Shown: positions 39,113 to 49,533, counted from the stretch's first letter. The stretch: DNA of 64,000 nt from Treponemataceae bacterium (GCA_963667725.2 CAXXHO010000003.1:1152001-1216000), one strand, 5' to 3'. Numbers and translations: made by a program. Notes: generated by a model not told the origin, from the sequence alone.

Positions 39113-40747
39113 GTGATATCAGTAACAGAACTAGCGCTCGGTTTCGGAGAACGAAACCTTTTCAAGGACGTCAATCTAAAATTCACCGCCGGGAACTGCT
39201 ATGGCATTATCGGCGCCAACGGATCGGGGAAAACTACCTTCCTTCGCATTCTTTCAGGTGAAATTCAGCACGACAAAGGCGAAATCTCGATTTCCTCCGG
39301 TTCGCGCATGGCTACCCTCAAGCAAGACCATTTCGCTTTCGATGAGTTCCGCGTCATCGATACCGTGATCATGGGATACGAGAAGCTTTACTCCATCGCG
39401 AGGGAACGCGACATCGTCTACGCCAAAGAAGACTTCACCGAGGCGGATGGCATACGCGCGAGCGAACTGGAGGCGGAGTTCGCCGAAATGGGGGGCTGGG
39501 AAGCCGAAGCTCAGGCGGCTGTCCTCCTCTCCGGACTGGGCGTTCCTGAAAACCTTCAAGACAAACTCATGAAGGAAGTGGATGAAACCTTCAAGGTCCG
39601 CGTACTTCTGGCTCAGGCATTGTTCGGCAACCCCGACATCCTGCTGCTCGACGAGCCGACCAACGGCCTGGACCTCGATTCCATAACCTGGCTCGAGGAG
39701 TTCCTCATCGAATCCCCGAACATCGTGATCGTCGTATCGCACGACAGGCACTTCCTCAACTCCGTCTGTACCCATGTCTGCGACATAGATTTCGGCCATA
39801 TCAGGATGTATTCGGGCAACTACGATTTCTGGTACAAGATGAACGCAATTCTCGTCCAGCAGCAGAAGGACCTGAAGCGCCGCCGCGAGGACAAGGTGAA
39901 GGACCTGAAGGAATTCATCCAGCGCTTTGCCTCCAACGCCTCCAAATCCAGGCAGGCGACATCGCGGAAGAAGATCCTCGAGAAGTTGGAACTCGCCGAT
40001 ATCGTGCCTTCGTCGCGCCGTTTCCCCTACGTGAGCTTCAAACCCAACCGCGACATTGGCAACAATGTCCTCAGGATAATCGGCGTATCCATAGAAGCCG
40101 ACGGGACGGAAGTCCTCAAAAACTTCTCCCTCAACGTCAACCGGACAGACAAGATAGCCTTTGTCGGCCACCAGCACATCGCAAAATCTACACTCTTCGC
40201 CGCTCTCGGTGGGGAACTGGAACTTTCGGCGGGAGATCTCTACTGGGGGCAGACTGTCGAAAAAGCCTATTTCCCCAAGGATGCCTCACCCCTCTTCGCA
40301 TCCGACATGAGCATCGTCGAGTGGCTCAAATCCGCCACTTCCTCGGCCGACGACACCTATATCAGATCCTTCCTCGGCAGAATGCTTTTTTCCGGCGACG
40401 ATGCGCTCAAGCCCGTCAAGGTGCTCTCGGGCGGCGAGCGTGTGCGCTGCATGCTCTCGCGCATGATGCTTTCGGGGGCCAATTTCCTCATCATGGACGA
40501 GCCGACCAACCACCTCGATCTCGAAGCCATTACCTCGCTGAACGACGGACTGATCGAATTCCCAGGCGTACTCTTTTTTGCGAGCCACGACCATGAATTC
40601 GTGACGTCCATCGCCAACCGCGTCATCGAGATATGTCCTGGCGGCATCATCGACCGATACATGAGTTTCGACGATTATCTGGGCGATGCCCAGGTGAAGC
40701 AGCTTCGCGATGAGTATTATCATGGTCATGTGGGAGCCGAGATATAG
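39113..40747 (+). CDS. ABC-F translation factor (YbiT/YkpA-like)
   Basis: Two ABC domains, no TM; GANGSGKT, DEPTN twice, SHDRHFLN; GTG 39113 preferred as start. Confidence 0.92.
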   Translation: MISVTELALGFGERNLFKDVNLKFTAGNCYGIIGANGSGKTTFLRILSGEIQHDKGEISISSGSRMATLKQDHFAFDEFRVIDTVIMGYEKLYSIARERDIVYAKEDFTEADGIRASELEAEFAEMGGWEAEAQAAVLLSGLGVPENLQDKLMKEVDETFKVRVLLAQALFGNPDILLLDEPTNGLDLDSITWLEEFLIESPNIVIVVSHDRHFLNSVCTHVCDIDFGHIRMYSGNYDFWYKMNAILVQQQKDLKRRREDKVKDLKEFIQRFASNASKSRQATSRKKILEKLELADIVPSSRRFPYVSFKPNRDIGNNVLRIIGVSIEADGTEVLKNFSLNVNRTDKIAFVGHQHIAKSTLFAALGGELELSAGDLYWGQTVEKAYFPKDASPLFASDMSIVEWLKSATSSADDTYIRSFLGRMLFSGDDALKPVKVLSGGERVRCMLSRMMLSGANFLIMDEPTNHLDLEAITSLNDGLIEFPGVLFFASHDHEFVTSIANRVIEICPGGIIDRYMSFDDYLGDAQVKQLRDEYYHGHVGAEI

Positions 40748-40826
40748 CCGCGGTGATGGTACGCCCAATGTTGCGCGCAGATTGCGGCGCCGTAAGGTAC
40801 CGCTTAAGCATAATGGAGGAAAACGT

Positions 40827-41906
40827 ATGAAACGAATCTTTGCGATGCTTCTCATCGCGGGCATGATTTTCGGCGCGGCCGCTTCCGTCGCCGCGCAGCC
40901 GACGAGTCGCCTTCTCACCGACGCGACCGGCATCGACGACAGGTCCTTCAATCAGGCGGCCTGGCGCGGCATCCTCGATTTCTACGGGGACAGCTGGAAC
41001 AAGACCACGAAACGCGGCAAATTCTACGATGTCCTGACCGCCCAGACCCAGGACATGTATATTCCCAACCTGATGCAGGCGTCCGACGAAAAGTATGACC
41101 TCATCATCGTCACGGGATTCACCTTCGCCGACGCGCTCACCGAAGTGGCGGGCAAGTACCCCAACCAGAAGTACCTCATCGTGGACGTGGACTGGATCGG
41201 CAAGCCGAACGTTATGGAAGCCACCTATTCCGAGCATGAAGGTTCCTACCTCGTCGGCGTGGCCGCGGCCCTCAAGGCCAAGAAAGACAAGATCGCCGCG
41301 CCGAAATTCGGATTCATCGGCGGCGTTCCCGGACCGGTCATCACCAAGTTCGAGATGGGCTGGGTGCAGGGCATCAAGTCCGTATATCCCAACGCCGAGC
41401 TCGTCGACTATTACGCCAACGATTGGGGTAAGCCCGAACTCGCCAAGGCCCAGGCCAAGAACTGGTATGACTCCGGCGTATACGCGATCTTCTCTGCCGC
41501 CGGCGGCACCGGAAACGGAACCATCGCCCAGGCCAAGGAATACCGTTCCCAGGGCAAGAATGTTTGGGCAATCGGCGTCGATTCCGACCAGTATGAGGAC
41601 GGCATCTACGCGACCGGCAAGTCGGCCGTGCTCACCTCGATGATCAAGCGAGTCGAAAACTCGACGAAGTACGCCCTCAACCAGGTCAAGAACAAGACCT
41701 TCAAGGGCCAGGTCGTCGTATTCGACACCAAGATCGACGGCGTAGGCTTCTCGGCCAGCAACGCCGAGCTCGGCGCCGATATCGTGAAGCAGGTCAACGC
41801 GGCCAAGGACAAGATCATAAAAGGCCAGATCAAGGTCGTTCCGACCTATGCAGCCGCCAAGGCCGCGGGCCTCGCGCCCGTGAACCTCCAGGCATCCGAC
41901 AACTAA
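40827..41906 (+). CDS. BMP/PnrA-family nucleoside-binding protein
   Basis: DDRSFNQ, AAGGTG.G, IGVDSDQ, LTSMIKRV. Confidence 0.93.
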   Translation: MKRIFAMLLIAGMIFGAAASVAAQPTSRLLTDATGIDDRSFNQAAWRGILDFYGDSWNKTTKRGKFYDVLTAQTQDMYIPNLMQASDEKYDLIIVTGFTFADALTEVAGKYPNQKYLIVDVDWIGKPNVMEATYSEHEGSYLVGVAAALKAKKDKIAAPKFGFIGGVPGPVITKFEMGWVQGIKSVYPNAELVDYYANDWGKPELAKAQAKNWYDSGVYAIFSAAGGTGNGTIAQAKEYRSQGKNVWAIGVDSDQYEDGIYATGKSAVLTSMIKRVENSTKYALNQVKNKTFKGQVVVFDTKIDGVGFSASNAELGADIVKQVNAAKDKIIKGQIKVVPTYAAAKAAGLAPVNLQASDN

Positions 41907-41928
41907 TTCCGCTTTCGCTTTCTTGATC

Positions 41929-41972
41929 GCGGGGCCGTGTCGGGCTATGAATGCCGACGCGGCCCCGCTTTT
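41929..41972 (+). terminator. Intra-operon hairpin/terminator after the binding-protein gene
   Basis: gcggggccgtgtcgg...ccgacgcggccccgc followed by tttt. Confidence 0.7.
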
Positions 41973-42002
41973 CAACGCGGCCACCGATCAGGAGATTCCT
42001 GG

Positions 42003-43544
42003 ATGGATTCATATGCGATCGAAATGGCGGGGATCACGAAGATATTCCCCGGTATCATCGCCAATGACAACGTGACGCTTCGCGTGCTGGACAACGAGAT
42101 CCACGCGATACTCGGCGAGAACGGCGCGGGCAAATCGACGCTCATGTCGATTCTCTTCGGCCTGTACGAGCCCGATTCGGGCTCTATTTCCATACGAGGC
42201 AAGGAAGTCAGGATCAAGGACCCGAACCACGCGACCTCGCTCGGCATCGGGATGGTCCATCAGCATTTCAAGCTCGTGCATAACTACACGGTCACCGAAA
42301 ACATAATCCTCGGCAACGAGCCGAGGGACCGATTCGGCAATATCGACATCAATTCCGCGCGGAAACGGGTGGCCGAACTCTCCAAGCTCTATGGCCTCGA
42401 CGTCGATCCGGACTCCACTATCGAAAGCATCACCGTCGGAATGCAGCAGCGCGTCGAGATCCTCAAGATACTTTACAGGAAAGCCGAAATCCTCATTTTC
42501 GACGAACCGACGGCCGTATTGCGGCCTCAGGAGATCGACGAGCTCCTGCAGATTTTCGAGCGCCTCAAATCGGAAGGCAAGACGATCATCCTCATCACCC
42601 ATAAGCTCAAGGAGATCAAACAGGCTGCTTCCCGATGCACGGTGCTCAGACGGGGCAAGATGGTCGGCACGGTGGATGTGGATTCTACTTCCGAAGCCCA
42701 GATGGCAGCGATGATGGTGGGGCGGGAAGTGCTTTTCACCACGGTAAAAACGAAGGCCATTCCCGGCGAGACGGTCCTGCGCATTGAACACCTCTTCGTC
42801 AAGAACTCTCGTGGACTGGAGACCATCAGGGACCTATCCCTAGAAGTCCGCCACGGCGAAGTCGTGGGCATTGCCGGCGTCGACGGCAACGGCCAGGCGG
42901 AGCTGGTAGAGGCCATCACCGGCTTGAGGCCGCTGGAAAAGGGCAGGATTCTCCTCAACGGAAAGGATATTTCCCACGCCTCGATACATAGCAGAATAGA
43001 GTCCGGCATAGGTTACGTCCCCGAAGACAGGCAGAAGGAAGGACTCGTCCTGGATTTCAGGCTGGACGAAAACCTCATCCTGAAAACCTACGGCTCCCCA
43101 GCCTACTGCGGCAAGTTCGGCATCCTCGACCGCAAGGCGATCGAGGAAAATGCCGGAAAACTCATAAAGGCGTTCGACATCAGGACCGGCGAAGGGGCGG
43201 CGACAAAGGTCCGCTCCATGTCGGGAGGGAACCAGCAGAAGGCCGTTATCGCCAGGGAGATAGAACTCTCCCCCGACCTTCTCGTCATCTCCCAGCCTAC
43301 GCGCGGCCTCGATGTGGGCGCCATCGAGAACATCCATTCGCGGATAATAGCGGAGAGGGACAAAGGGCGCGCCGTTCTCCTCATCTCTTTCGAGCTGGAA
43401 GAAATCATGAACCTCTGCGACAGGATAGCGGCGATCTCCAAGGGCGAAATCGTGGGCATCGTGGAGGGGGAATCGGCCGATGAAAGGGAAATCGGCGCCA
43501 TGATGGCGGGAATAGCCCAAAAAGCGCCAGGGGAAAAAGCATGA
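42003..43544 (+). CDS. Nucleoside ABC transporter ATPase (NupA-like, CUT2)
   Basis: GENGAGKST, GMVHQHF, MSGGNQQK. Confidence 0.92.
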   Translation: MDSYAIEMAGITKIFPGIIANDNVTLRVLDNEIHAILGENGAGKSTLMSILFGLYEPDSGSISIRGKEVRIKDPNHATSLGIGMVHQHFKLVHNYTVTENIILGNEPRDRFGNIDINSARKRVAELSKLYGLDVDPDSTIESITVGMQQRVEILKILYRKAEILIFDEPTAVLRPQEIDELLQIFERLKSEGKTIILITHKLKEIKQAASRCTVLRRGKMVGTVDVDSTSEAQMAAMMVGREVLFTTVKTKAIPGETVLRIEHLFVKNSRGLETIRDLSLEVRHGEVVGIAGVDGNGQAELVEAITGLRPLEKGRILLNGKDISHASIHSRIESGIGYVPEDRQKEGLVLDFRLDENLILKTYGSPAYCGKFGILDRKAIEENAGKLIKAFDIRTGEGAATKVRSMSGGNQQKAVIAREIELSPDLLVISQPTRGLDVGAIENIHSRIIAERDKGRAVLLISFELEEIMNLCDRIAAISKGEIVGIVEGESADEREIGAMMAGIAQKAPGEKA

Positions 43545-44668
43545 ACAGGACGATCGATCCGCGTAAAGACAGGCTGGAAAGGCTTTTTTCCAATCCAAAG
43601 ACGATTTCCATCTCCGTCGTCCTCCTCGGATTTCTCTGCGGAACCCTTCTCATTCTGATCGTGGGAAAGAACCCCGCCGGAATGTATTCGGCTCTCCTCC
43701 AGACCCTTACCGGCTTTGACATAACCCGCGGCACATGGAACGCGCGCTATATCGGCGAGTGGCTGACCGCGAGCATCCCACTTATCCTCTGCGGTCTTTC
43801 CATGGGATTCGCCGCCAGGACGGGCCTGTTCAACATCGGCGCCGAGGGCCAATACATCGTGGGTTTGACCGTGGCTCAGTTCGTGGCCCTCTACTTCCCT
43901 CCCGTTCCGGTAGTCCACTGGGTGGCGGCCGTGGCCGCCGCGGGGTTGGCCGGGGCGCTCTGGGGAGGCATTGTCGGATGGCTTAAGGCGAAATTCGCTG
44001 TATCTGAAGTCGTGGCCACGATAATGCTCAACTATATAGCCTTCTTCTTCTCGCGATGGACCTCCATGCTGATCCCCGGAGCCAATACCTATAAAACGCC
44101 CAATTTCCCGGCCACGGCTCGCCTCACAAGCCCCCTGTTCGAACAGCTGACGAATGGATCGAGGCTCAGCCTCGGACTATGGGTCGCCCTGCTCTCCTGC
44201 TTGATCTATTGGTTCATCATCGAGAAAACCAAGACAGGCTTCGAACTGAGAGCCACCGGCTTCAACCGGGACGCCGCTCGCTATGCCGGCGTCAGGGTAA
44301 CGCGAAGCATCACGACGTCGATGCTCATTGCGGGCATGTTCGCAGGATTCGCGGGCGCCGTCGTCGCGCTTGGCTCCTTCAGCTATGGGCGCGTCCTGGG
44401 CGGCTATGACAATTATGGGTTCAACGGCATCGCCGTCGCGCTCATAGGGAACAACAATGCCGGAGGCACGCTGATCGCCGGCCTGCTCTTCGGGATGCTG
44501 TCTTCCGCCCAGCCTCTCATGCAGTCCAGGCAGATTCCCAAGGAGATAACCCTCATCATTTCCGGCCTCGTGGTCGTGCTCATCTCCATGCGCGCCGGAG
44601 TGAAGCTCATCCTCGACTGGAAAGCCAAGAAGAACGCGCAGGCGCAGAAGGAAGCCCACGATGAATAG
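43541..44668 (+). CDS. Nucleoside ABC permease (NupB-like)
   Basis: GLFNIGAEGQ, SEVVATIMLNY. Confidence 0.9.
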   Translation: MNRTIDPRKDRLERLFSNPKTISISVVLLGFLCGTLLILIVGKNPAGMYSALLQTLTGFDITRGTWNARYIGEWLTASIPLILCGLSMGFAARTGLFNIGAEGQYIVGLTVAQFVALYFPPVPVVHWVAAVAAAGLAGALWGGIVGWLKAKFAVSEVVATIMLNYIAFFFSRWTSMLIPGANTYKTPNFPATARLTSPLFEQLTNGSRLSLGLWVALLSCLIYWFIIEKTKTGFELRATGFNRDAARYAGVRVTRSITTSMLIAGMFAGFAGAVVALGSFSYGRVLGGYDNYGFNGIAVALIGNNNAGGTLIAGLLFGMLSSAQPLMQSRQIPKEITLIISGLVVVLISMRAGVKLILDWKAKKNAQAQKEAHDE

Positions 44669-45563
44669 CCTTATCGCCATGATCCCGTCCATCCTCATGA
44701 TCGTCTCGCCGATCCTCATCACCGCCGCGGGAGGCATGATCTGCGAACGCGCCGGCATCGTGAACATAGCCCTGGAAGGACTCATGGGTGTCGGCGCCTT
44801 CACCGCAGCCACAATTCATTATTTCCTGGAGCCTTCCACCTCCTACTCCATCTGGATAGCCCTGGGCGTGGGCGCTCTCGCGGGTGTTCTTACCTCCCTT
44901 ATCCACGCTTTCGCTTCCATAACGCTCAACGCGAACCAGACGGTCTCCGGAACGGGCATCAACCTTCTGGTGACGGGAGGGACGGCCTTTCTCGCTCAGA
45001 TCATCTTCAAGATGGAGCGAACATTGCCTTTCAAACTAGGAATGATGCCCGGAATCGGGGGGATCTACCCGACGGCATGGATAGCGCTCGCCGTTGTCGT
45101 CGTCGCATGGTTCGTTCTATACAAAAGGCCTTTTGGAATGCGCCTTCGTGCCTGCGGCGAACATCCCCAGGCGGCGGCCTCGGCCGGCATCGACGTTCGC
45201 AGGACGCGCTACATCGCCGTCATGATCTCGGGAGCCCTCGGCGGTCTGGCCGGCGGCTGCCTCGTACTGACTCAGACCATCCAGTACACGGTGAACACGA
45301 TAAACGGGGCGGGATTCATAGCCCTCGCCGCCGTATCATTCGGAAGATGGCTGCCTAAGGGAATAACGGCCGCATCCCTCCTCTTCGGCACGGCGACCGC
45401 GCTCTCCATCTACATGGTCAACATACAGAGCCTTCGCTTTCTTCCCCCGGAATTTTTCAGCGTTATGCCCTATATCATCACGCTTGTGACGCTCATGGTC
45501 TTCTCGGGCAAAGAATACGCGCCCAGAGCCTCGGGGCAGCCCTATGAGCGAAGCGGCAGCTGA
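44661..45563 (+). CDS. Nucleoside ABC permease (NupC-like)
   Basis: ERAGIVNIALEG, LRACGEHP.AA. Confidence 0.9.
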   Translation: MNSLIAMIPSILMIVSPILITAAGGMICERAGIVNIALEGLMGVGAFTAATIHYFLEPSTSYSIWIALGVGALAGVLTSLIHAFASITLNANQTVSGTGINLLVTGGTAFLAQIIFKMERTLPFKLGMMPGIGGIYPTAWIALAVVVVAWFVLYKRPFGMRLRACGEHPQAAASAGIDVRRTRYIAVMISGALGGLAGGCLVLTQTIQYTVNTINGAGFIALAAVSFGRWLPKGITAASLLFGTATALSIYMVNIQSLRFLPPEFFSVMPYIITLVTLMVFSGKEYAPRASGQPYERSGS

Positions 45564-45579
45564 ATCAAAAGGAGAATAT

Positions 45580-46338
45580 ATGCATTCATCGAGAATTCAC
45601 GAGAGGAAACTTGAACACTTTTCTTCCGGCACGCCGCACAATTCCGCGAAGAAAGGCGATTTCGCGCCCATCGTGCTCATGCCCGGAGATCCCCTGCGCG
45701 CCCAGTACATAGCGGAAACCCGCCTGAAGAACCCCAGAAAAGTGACCGGAGTCCGCAACATGCTCGGCTTCACCGGCAGCTGGGAAGGCAAGGATGTCAC
45801 CGTCATGAGTTCAGGAATGGGCGCCCCCTCCATGGGCATCTACTCCTTCGAACTCTTCGCCTTCTACGGCGTCGAGAGCATCGTCAGGATAGGCACCTGC
45901 GGCGGCATGACCGCCGATATCGACGTCGGCGACATCGTCATCGCGATGACGGCCTCCACCGATTCAAACTACGCGCATCAGTATGGCCTGAAGGGCTCTT
46001 TCTCGCCCTGCGCCAGCTATTCCCTACTCGAAAAAGCCGTGGCGTCGGCGCGAAAACGCGGCATCAGGCATTGGGTTGGCGGCATATTCTCCTCAGACGT
46101 TTTTTCGCTTTACAGCGCCCTCGACGATGAGGATGGCTGGAAGAAATGGGCGTCTATGGGCTGCGCCGCTACCGACATGGAGTGCTTCGCCCTCTACTGC
46201 AACGCCGCCTATCTCAAGAAAAAAGCCCTCACCCTTCTCACCTGTTCGGATTCCAACATCTCCAGGAAGGAGATGACGCCCGAAGAGAGGCAGACCTCTC
46301 TCAATTCCATGTTCGACGTGGCGCTGGACCTTATTTGA
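45580..46338 (+). CDS. deoD: Purine nucleoside phosphorylase, DeoD type
   Basis: TPH, MPGDPLRA, VRNMLGFTG, GMGAPSMGIY, RIGTCG. Confidence 0.93.
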   Translation: MHSSRIHERKLEHFSSGTPHNSAKKGDFAPIVLMPGDPLRAQYIAETRLKNPRKVTGVRNMLGFTGSWEGKDVTVMSSGMGAPSMGIYSFELFAFYGVESIVRIGTCGGMTADIDVGDIVIAMTASTDSNYAHQYGLKGSFSPCASYSLLEKAVASARKRGIRHWVGGIFSSDVFSLYSALDDEDGWKKWASMGCAATDMECFALYCNAAYLKKKALTLLTCSDSNISRKEMTPEERQTSLNSMFDVALDLI

Positions 46339-46367
46339 GGCATCCCCCGATGCCTCCGATGCCCCCA

Positions 46368-47009
46368 ATGGAATTTTCCCTTGATGCGGCAAAGGCGGAG
46401 CGTTTTCTCGAGACCATGAGGAAGCGCTTTGCCAGCAAGCGATTCAGGAAGGACCTGCCGCTCTCCATCGACACGATCGAGTTCCTACTGGAATGCGGGA
46501 GGCTTTCCCCTTCCTCTTTCGGCCTCGAACCCTGGCACTTTGTCGTCGCTGTAAATTCTGAGTCGATCAAGGCCCTGGGGGACGCGTGCTTTGCCCAAGA
46601 CGCCGTCTACACCAGCCCATGCGTCATCGTCATCCTCGCGCGCAAGGAAGCCGCGTATAGCCTCGGTTCGGCCTTCCTGACGCAAAGGGCCGAACGCTTT
46701 CCGGGAGGCTACCCCGTCTTCGAGGCCGACTACAAAGGCTACCATGATTTTCTAATGAAGGAAGGCCGAATCCTTCATTGGACGCGCGCCCAGACCTATA
46801 TCGCCTGCGCCAATATGATGACGGGCGCGGCATCCCTCGATCTCGATTCATGTCCATTAGAGGGTTTCGACGAAGCCGAGGTTCTGTCAGCCATAGATAA
46901 GGGCGAAAAAGAATGGACGGTGGGTATTGTGGTCGCCTTTGGCCGCCGCGATGAGGAAATTCGCCCCAAGATACGAGAAATGCTCTCAAACATGTATGAA
47001 ATTATATAA
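46368..47009 (+). CDS. Nitroreductase-family protein
   Basis: RFASKRF, LSPSSFGLEPW, DSCPLEGFD; start uncertain (46350/46359/46368). Confidence 0.88.
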   Translation: MEFSLDAAKAERFLETMRKRFASKRFRKDLPLSIDTIEFLLECGRLSPSSFGLEPWHFVVAVNSESIKALGDACFAQDAVYTSPCVIVILARKEAAYSLGSAFLTQRAERFPGGYPVFEADYKGYHDFLMKEGRILHWTRAQTYIACANMMTGAASLDLDSCPLEGFDEAEVLSAIDKGEKEWTVGIVVAFGRRDEEIRPKIREMLSNMYEII

Positions 47010-47038
47010 CCGAAATTCAATGACTCTGGCCGCATAAC

Positions 47039-47619
47039 GACGCTTCGGGCAAATGCACCCTGATCCCCGCCAACGGCAAGGCAGCGGCCGTTCCGCCCAA
47101 TTTCAAGGTTCGGAGCTATCCAACGCATGAGGATCATGGATTCATCTGGATCTGGTGGGGCGAAGGCCGGCCCTCCCCCTCGGTTCCGGCAAGTTCTTCA
47201 TGTACGTCTACAATGAAGCGGATTCGGGCCAGAAGCCCAAGACGCCGGCGCAGGTTCCCGTTCCGAACCCTAATGGTTTCAAGCTCGAATTCATCTACCC
47301 CAATCTGTGGGAAAACCGGATCGCCGACAAAGTGAGAGTGTTAGGCGCCTTCATCCCCGTGGATGGCGAACACACCCTCCTCTACCTGCGGTTCTACCAA
47401 GCCTTCGCCCTCATCCCCCTTCTGGGCGACTTGATAGCCAAAGCCGCCATGCCCTTCAACCTTCTCGTCGCCCACCAGGACAGAGCGGTGGTGCGGACGC
47501 AGGTGCCCAAGGCATCGGGGCTCGGCAGAGGGGAGAATCTATTCCAGGGCGACAAGCCCATCATGGAATACCGCAAACGCAGGAAGGAGCTGCAGGAAAA
47601 GGCGGAAAACCAAGCCTGA
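47039..47619 (+). pseudogene. Remnant of a Rieske aromatic-ring oxygenase alpha subunit
   Basis: DASGKCTLIPANG...VRSYPTHEDHGFIWIWWG from 47039, then a frame change to a C-terminal-like part (LVAHQDRAVV...DKPIMEYRK); no start codon and no Rieske Cys/His ligands. Confidence 0.75.
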
Positions 47620-47620
47620 C

Positions 47621-47670
47621 GAAAAAGGCGCGCGCCGCTTTAGCGGCATGCGCTCAAGCGGCGCGCGTCC
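47621..47670 (-). terminator. Terminator of tyrS
   Basis: GC-rich gcgcgccgctt/aagcggcgcgc hairpin with A-tract on its left. Confidence 0.65.
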
Positions 47671-47683
47671 CTAACCTTAGCGC

Positions 47684-48916
47684 CTATTCCAGCACCACCC
47701 TGCAGACGCGTTTTTTGCCGGCGCGCAGGAAGAGGGCGCCCTCAGCAAGATCTTTCGTCGAAAATACCGCCGACTCGTCGGCGACTCTCTCTCCATTCAC
47801 AGAAGCGCCGCCCTGCTGTACGAGGCGCCTGGCCTCGCTCTTGGAACCGACAAGCTTCGCCTCAAGGAAAAGATCCAGCACGGCGATTCCCGCGTCCAGC
47901 CTGGCCGCCGTCAGCGCCACCGAAGGGATTTCCCCCACGTCGCCCAGACCGACGCCGCCAAAGGCCGCCTTGGCCGCCTGGAGGGCTTTGTCGGCCTCTT
48001 CCTTGCCATGAATAATGGCCGTGACTTCCCAGGCGAGCTTTTCTTTTGCCTTGTTGATCTCGGCATCGGCGCCATTCGCCAGACGCCTGCATTCTTCGAC
48101 GGAAAGGAAGGTGAACATCAGAAGGAAGCGTTCGACGTCAGCGTCCTGGACGTTGCGCCAATACTGGAAGAATTCGTAGGGGCTCGTCATGGACGGATCC
48201 AGGAAGAGGGCTCCCTTTTCCGTTTTGCCCATCTTCTTGCCGTCGCTTGTCGTCACGAGGGGGAAAGTGAGGCCGAAGCACTCGGCGCCTTCCACCCGGC
48301 GGATGAGCTCGATACCGGCCACTATGTTGCCCCACTGGTCATCGCCGCCCACCTGGAGACGACATCCGTGACGCTTGTAGAGCTGCAGGAAATCATAGCT
48401 CTGCAGGAGCTGATAGTTGAATTCAATAAACGAAAGGCCTGTTTCCAGCCTCATTTTATACGCTTCGAAGGAGAGCATCCGGTTGACGGAAAAGTGCCTG
48501 CCTATATCGCGGAGGAAGTCGATGTAGTTGAGATTGGCCAGCCAGTTCTTGTTGTTGTCCGAATATAAAGTCTTCCCGTCGAAGGACATGAAATTGTCGA
48601 GCTGCGCGAGAAAGCGGCTGGCGTTGGCGTCGATTTCCTCATAGCTGATGATCTGCCTCATGGTCGTCTTGCCCGAAGGATCGCCGATGCGCGCCGTCCC
48701 TCCGCCCATAAGGACGATCGCGTTGTTGCCTGCCTCGTGGAGATGCCTTATCGCGAAATAGGGAACCATATGCCCGATATGCAGCGAAGGACCTGTGGGA
48801 TCGCAGCCTTCATACAGAGTGATGGGTCCTTCGTCCATAAGCCTGGACAGTCCTTCGATGTCCGTGCACTGCTGGATGAACCCTCGTTCTTTCAGTATTT
48901 CTAGCGCTTTATTCAT
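47684..48916 (-). CDS. tyrS: Tyrosine--tRNA ligase
   Basis: HIGH, GGDDQWGN, KMGKT, C-terminal S4 domain. Confidence 0.97.
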   Translation of the reverse strand: MNKALEILKERGFIQQCTDIEGLSRLMDEGPITLYEGCDPTGPSLHIGHMVPYFAIRHLHEAGNNAIVLMGGGTARIGDPSGKTTMRQIISYEEIDANASRFLAQLDNFMSFDGKTLYSDNNKNWLANLNYIDFLRDIGRHFSVNRMLSFEAYKMRLETGLSFIEFNYQLLQSYDFLQLYKRHGCRLQVGGDDQWGNIVAGIELIRRVEGAECFGLTFPLVTTSDGKKMGKTEKGALFLDPSMTSPYEFFQYWRNVQDADVERFLLMFTFLSVEECRRLANGADAEINKAKEKLAWEVTAIIHGKEEADKALQAAKAAFGGVGLGDVGEIPSVALTAARLDAGIAVLDLFLEAKLVGSKSEARRLVQQGGASVNGERVADESAVFSTKDLAEGALFLRAGKKRVCRVVLE

Positions 48917-49131
48917 GAGATCTCCTTGCCTTGAAGGGCAGTATATCGATGATGACGTTATTTTCTCAATATCTACGACGCATATTTCCAATACTACGCA
49001 AATATTATTTTATTTTTCTTTCCATATGTGCTATTATTGCCATATAGAACCGTGTTGCAATGTGCGCGGAGCCCTCTGGCAAAGCGCCATTTACCGGTTT
49101 GGACCCAGAGATTCCTTCAAGGAGATGAACC

Positions 49132-49431
49132 ATGGCGACAAATGGAACAGCGATGACAAAAGCCCAGCTCGTGACCACGCTTTCCGAAAAGACCGGTATG
49201 ACCAAAAAAGATGTGAAGGGCTTTCTTGAGGCTCTAGCCGAAGTGTCTTACAAAGAAGTGAAAAAAAACAAGAAGTTCACGCTTCCCGGTTTTGGAATCC
49301 TGAAGCTTGCCAAGCGCAAGGCCCGCACCGGCAGGAATCCCGCCACCGGCGAAACGATCAAGATTCCCGCCAAGACAGCGGTAAAATTCACCGTGTCCAA
49401 AGCCTGCAAAGAAGGCGTTCTCGGAAAATAA
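49132..49431 (+). CDS. hup: HU-family DNA-binding protein
   Basis: GFG, RTGRNPATGE.I.IPA. Confidence 0.93.
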   Translation: MATNGTAMTKAQLVTTLSEKTGMTKKDVKGFLEALAEVSYKEVKKNKKFTLPGFGILKLAKRKARTGRNPATGETIKIPAKTAVKFTVSKACKEGVLGK

Positions 49432-49433
49432 CG

Positions 49434-49467
49434 AGAAAAGCCGCGGCTTCTGGCCGCGGCTCTCTTT
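49434..49467 (+). terminator. Terminator between the HU gene and glyQS
   Basis: agccgcggc/gccgcggct hairpin followed by ctctttt. Confidence 0.7.
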
Positions 49468-49533
49468 TATTAGCGTTTCAGCCCATCAATGCTCTTCCAG
49501 CATCGACGATGTCTATGTCGCCGCCTGTATTTT

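Noticed and set aside
40748..40826. Possible purine riboswitch before the nucleoside ABC operon
   Set aside because: Lacks the TATGG / TTTCTACC core
49078..49095. Possible sigma54 promoter (TGGCA) upstream of the HU gene
   Set aside because: No TGC at the -12 position
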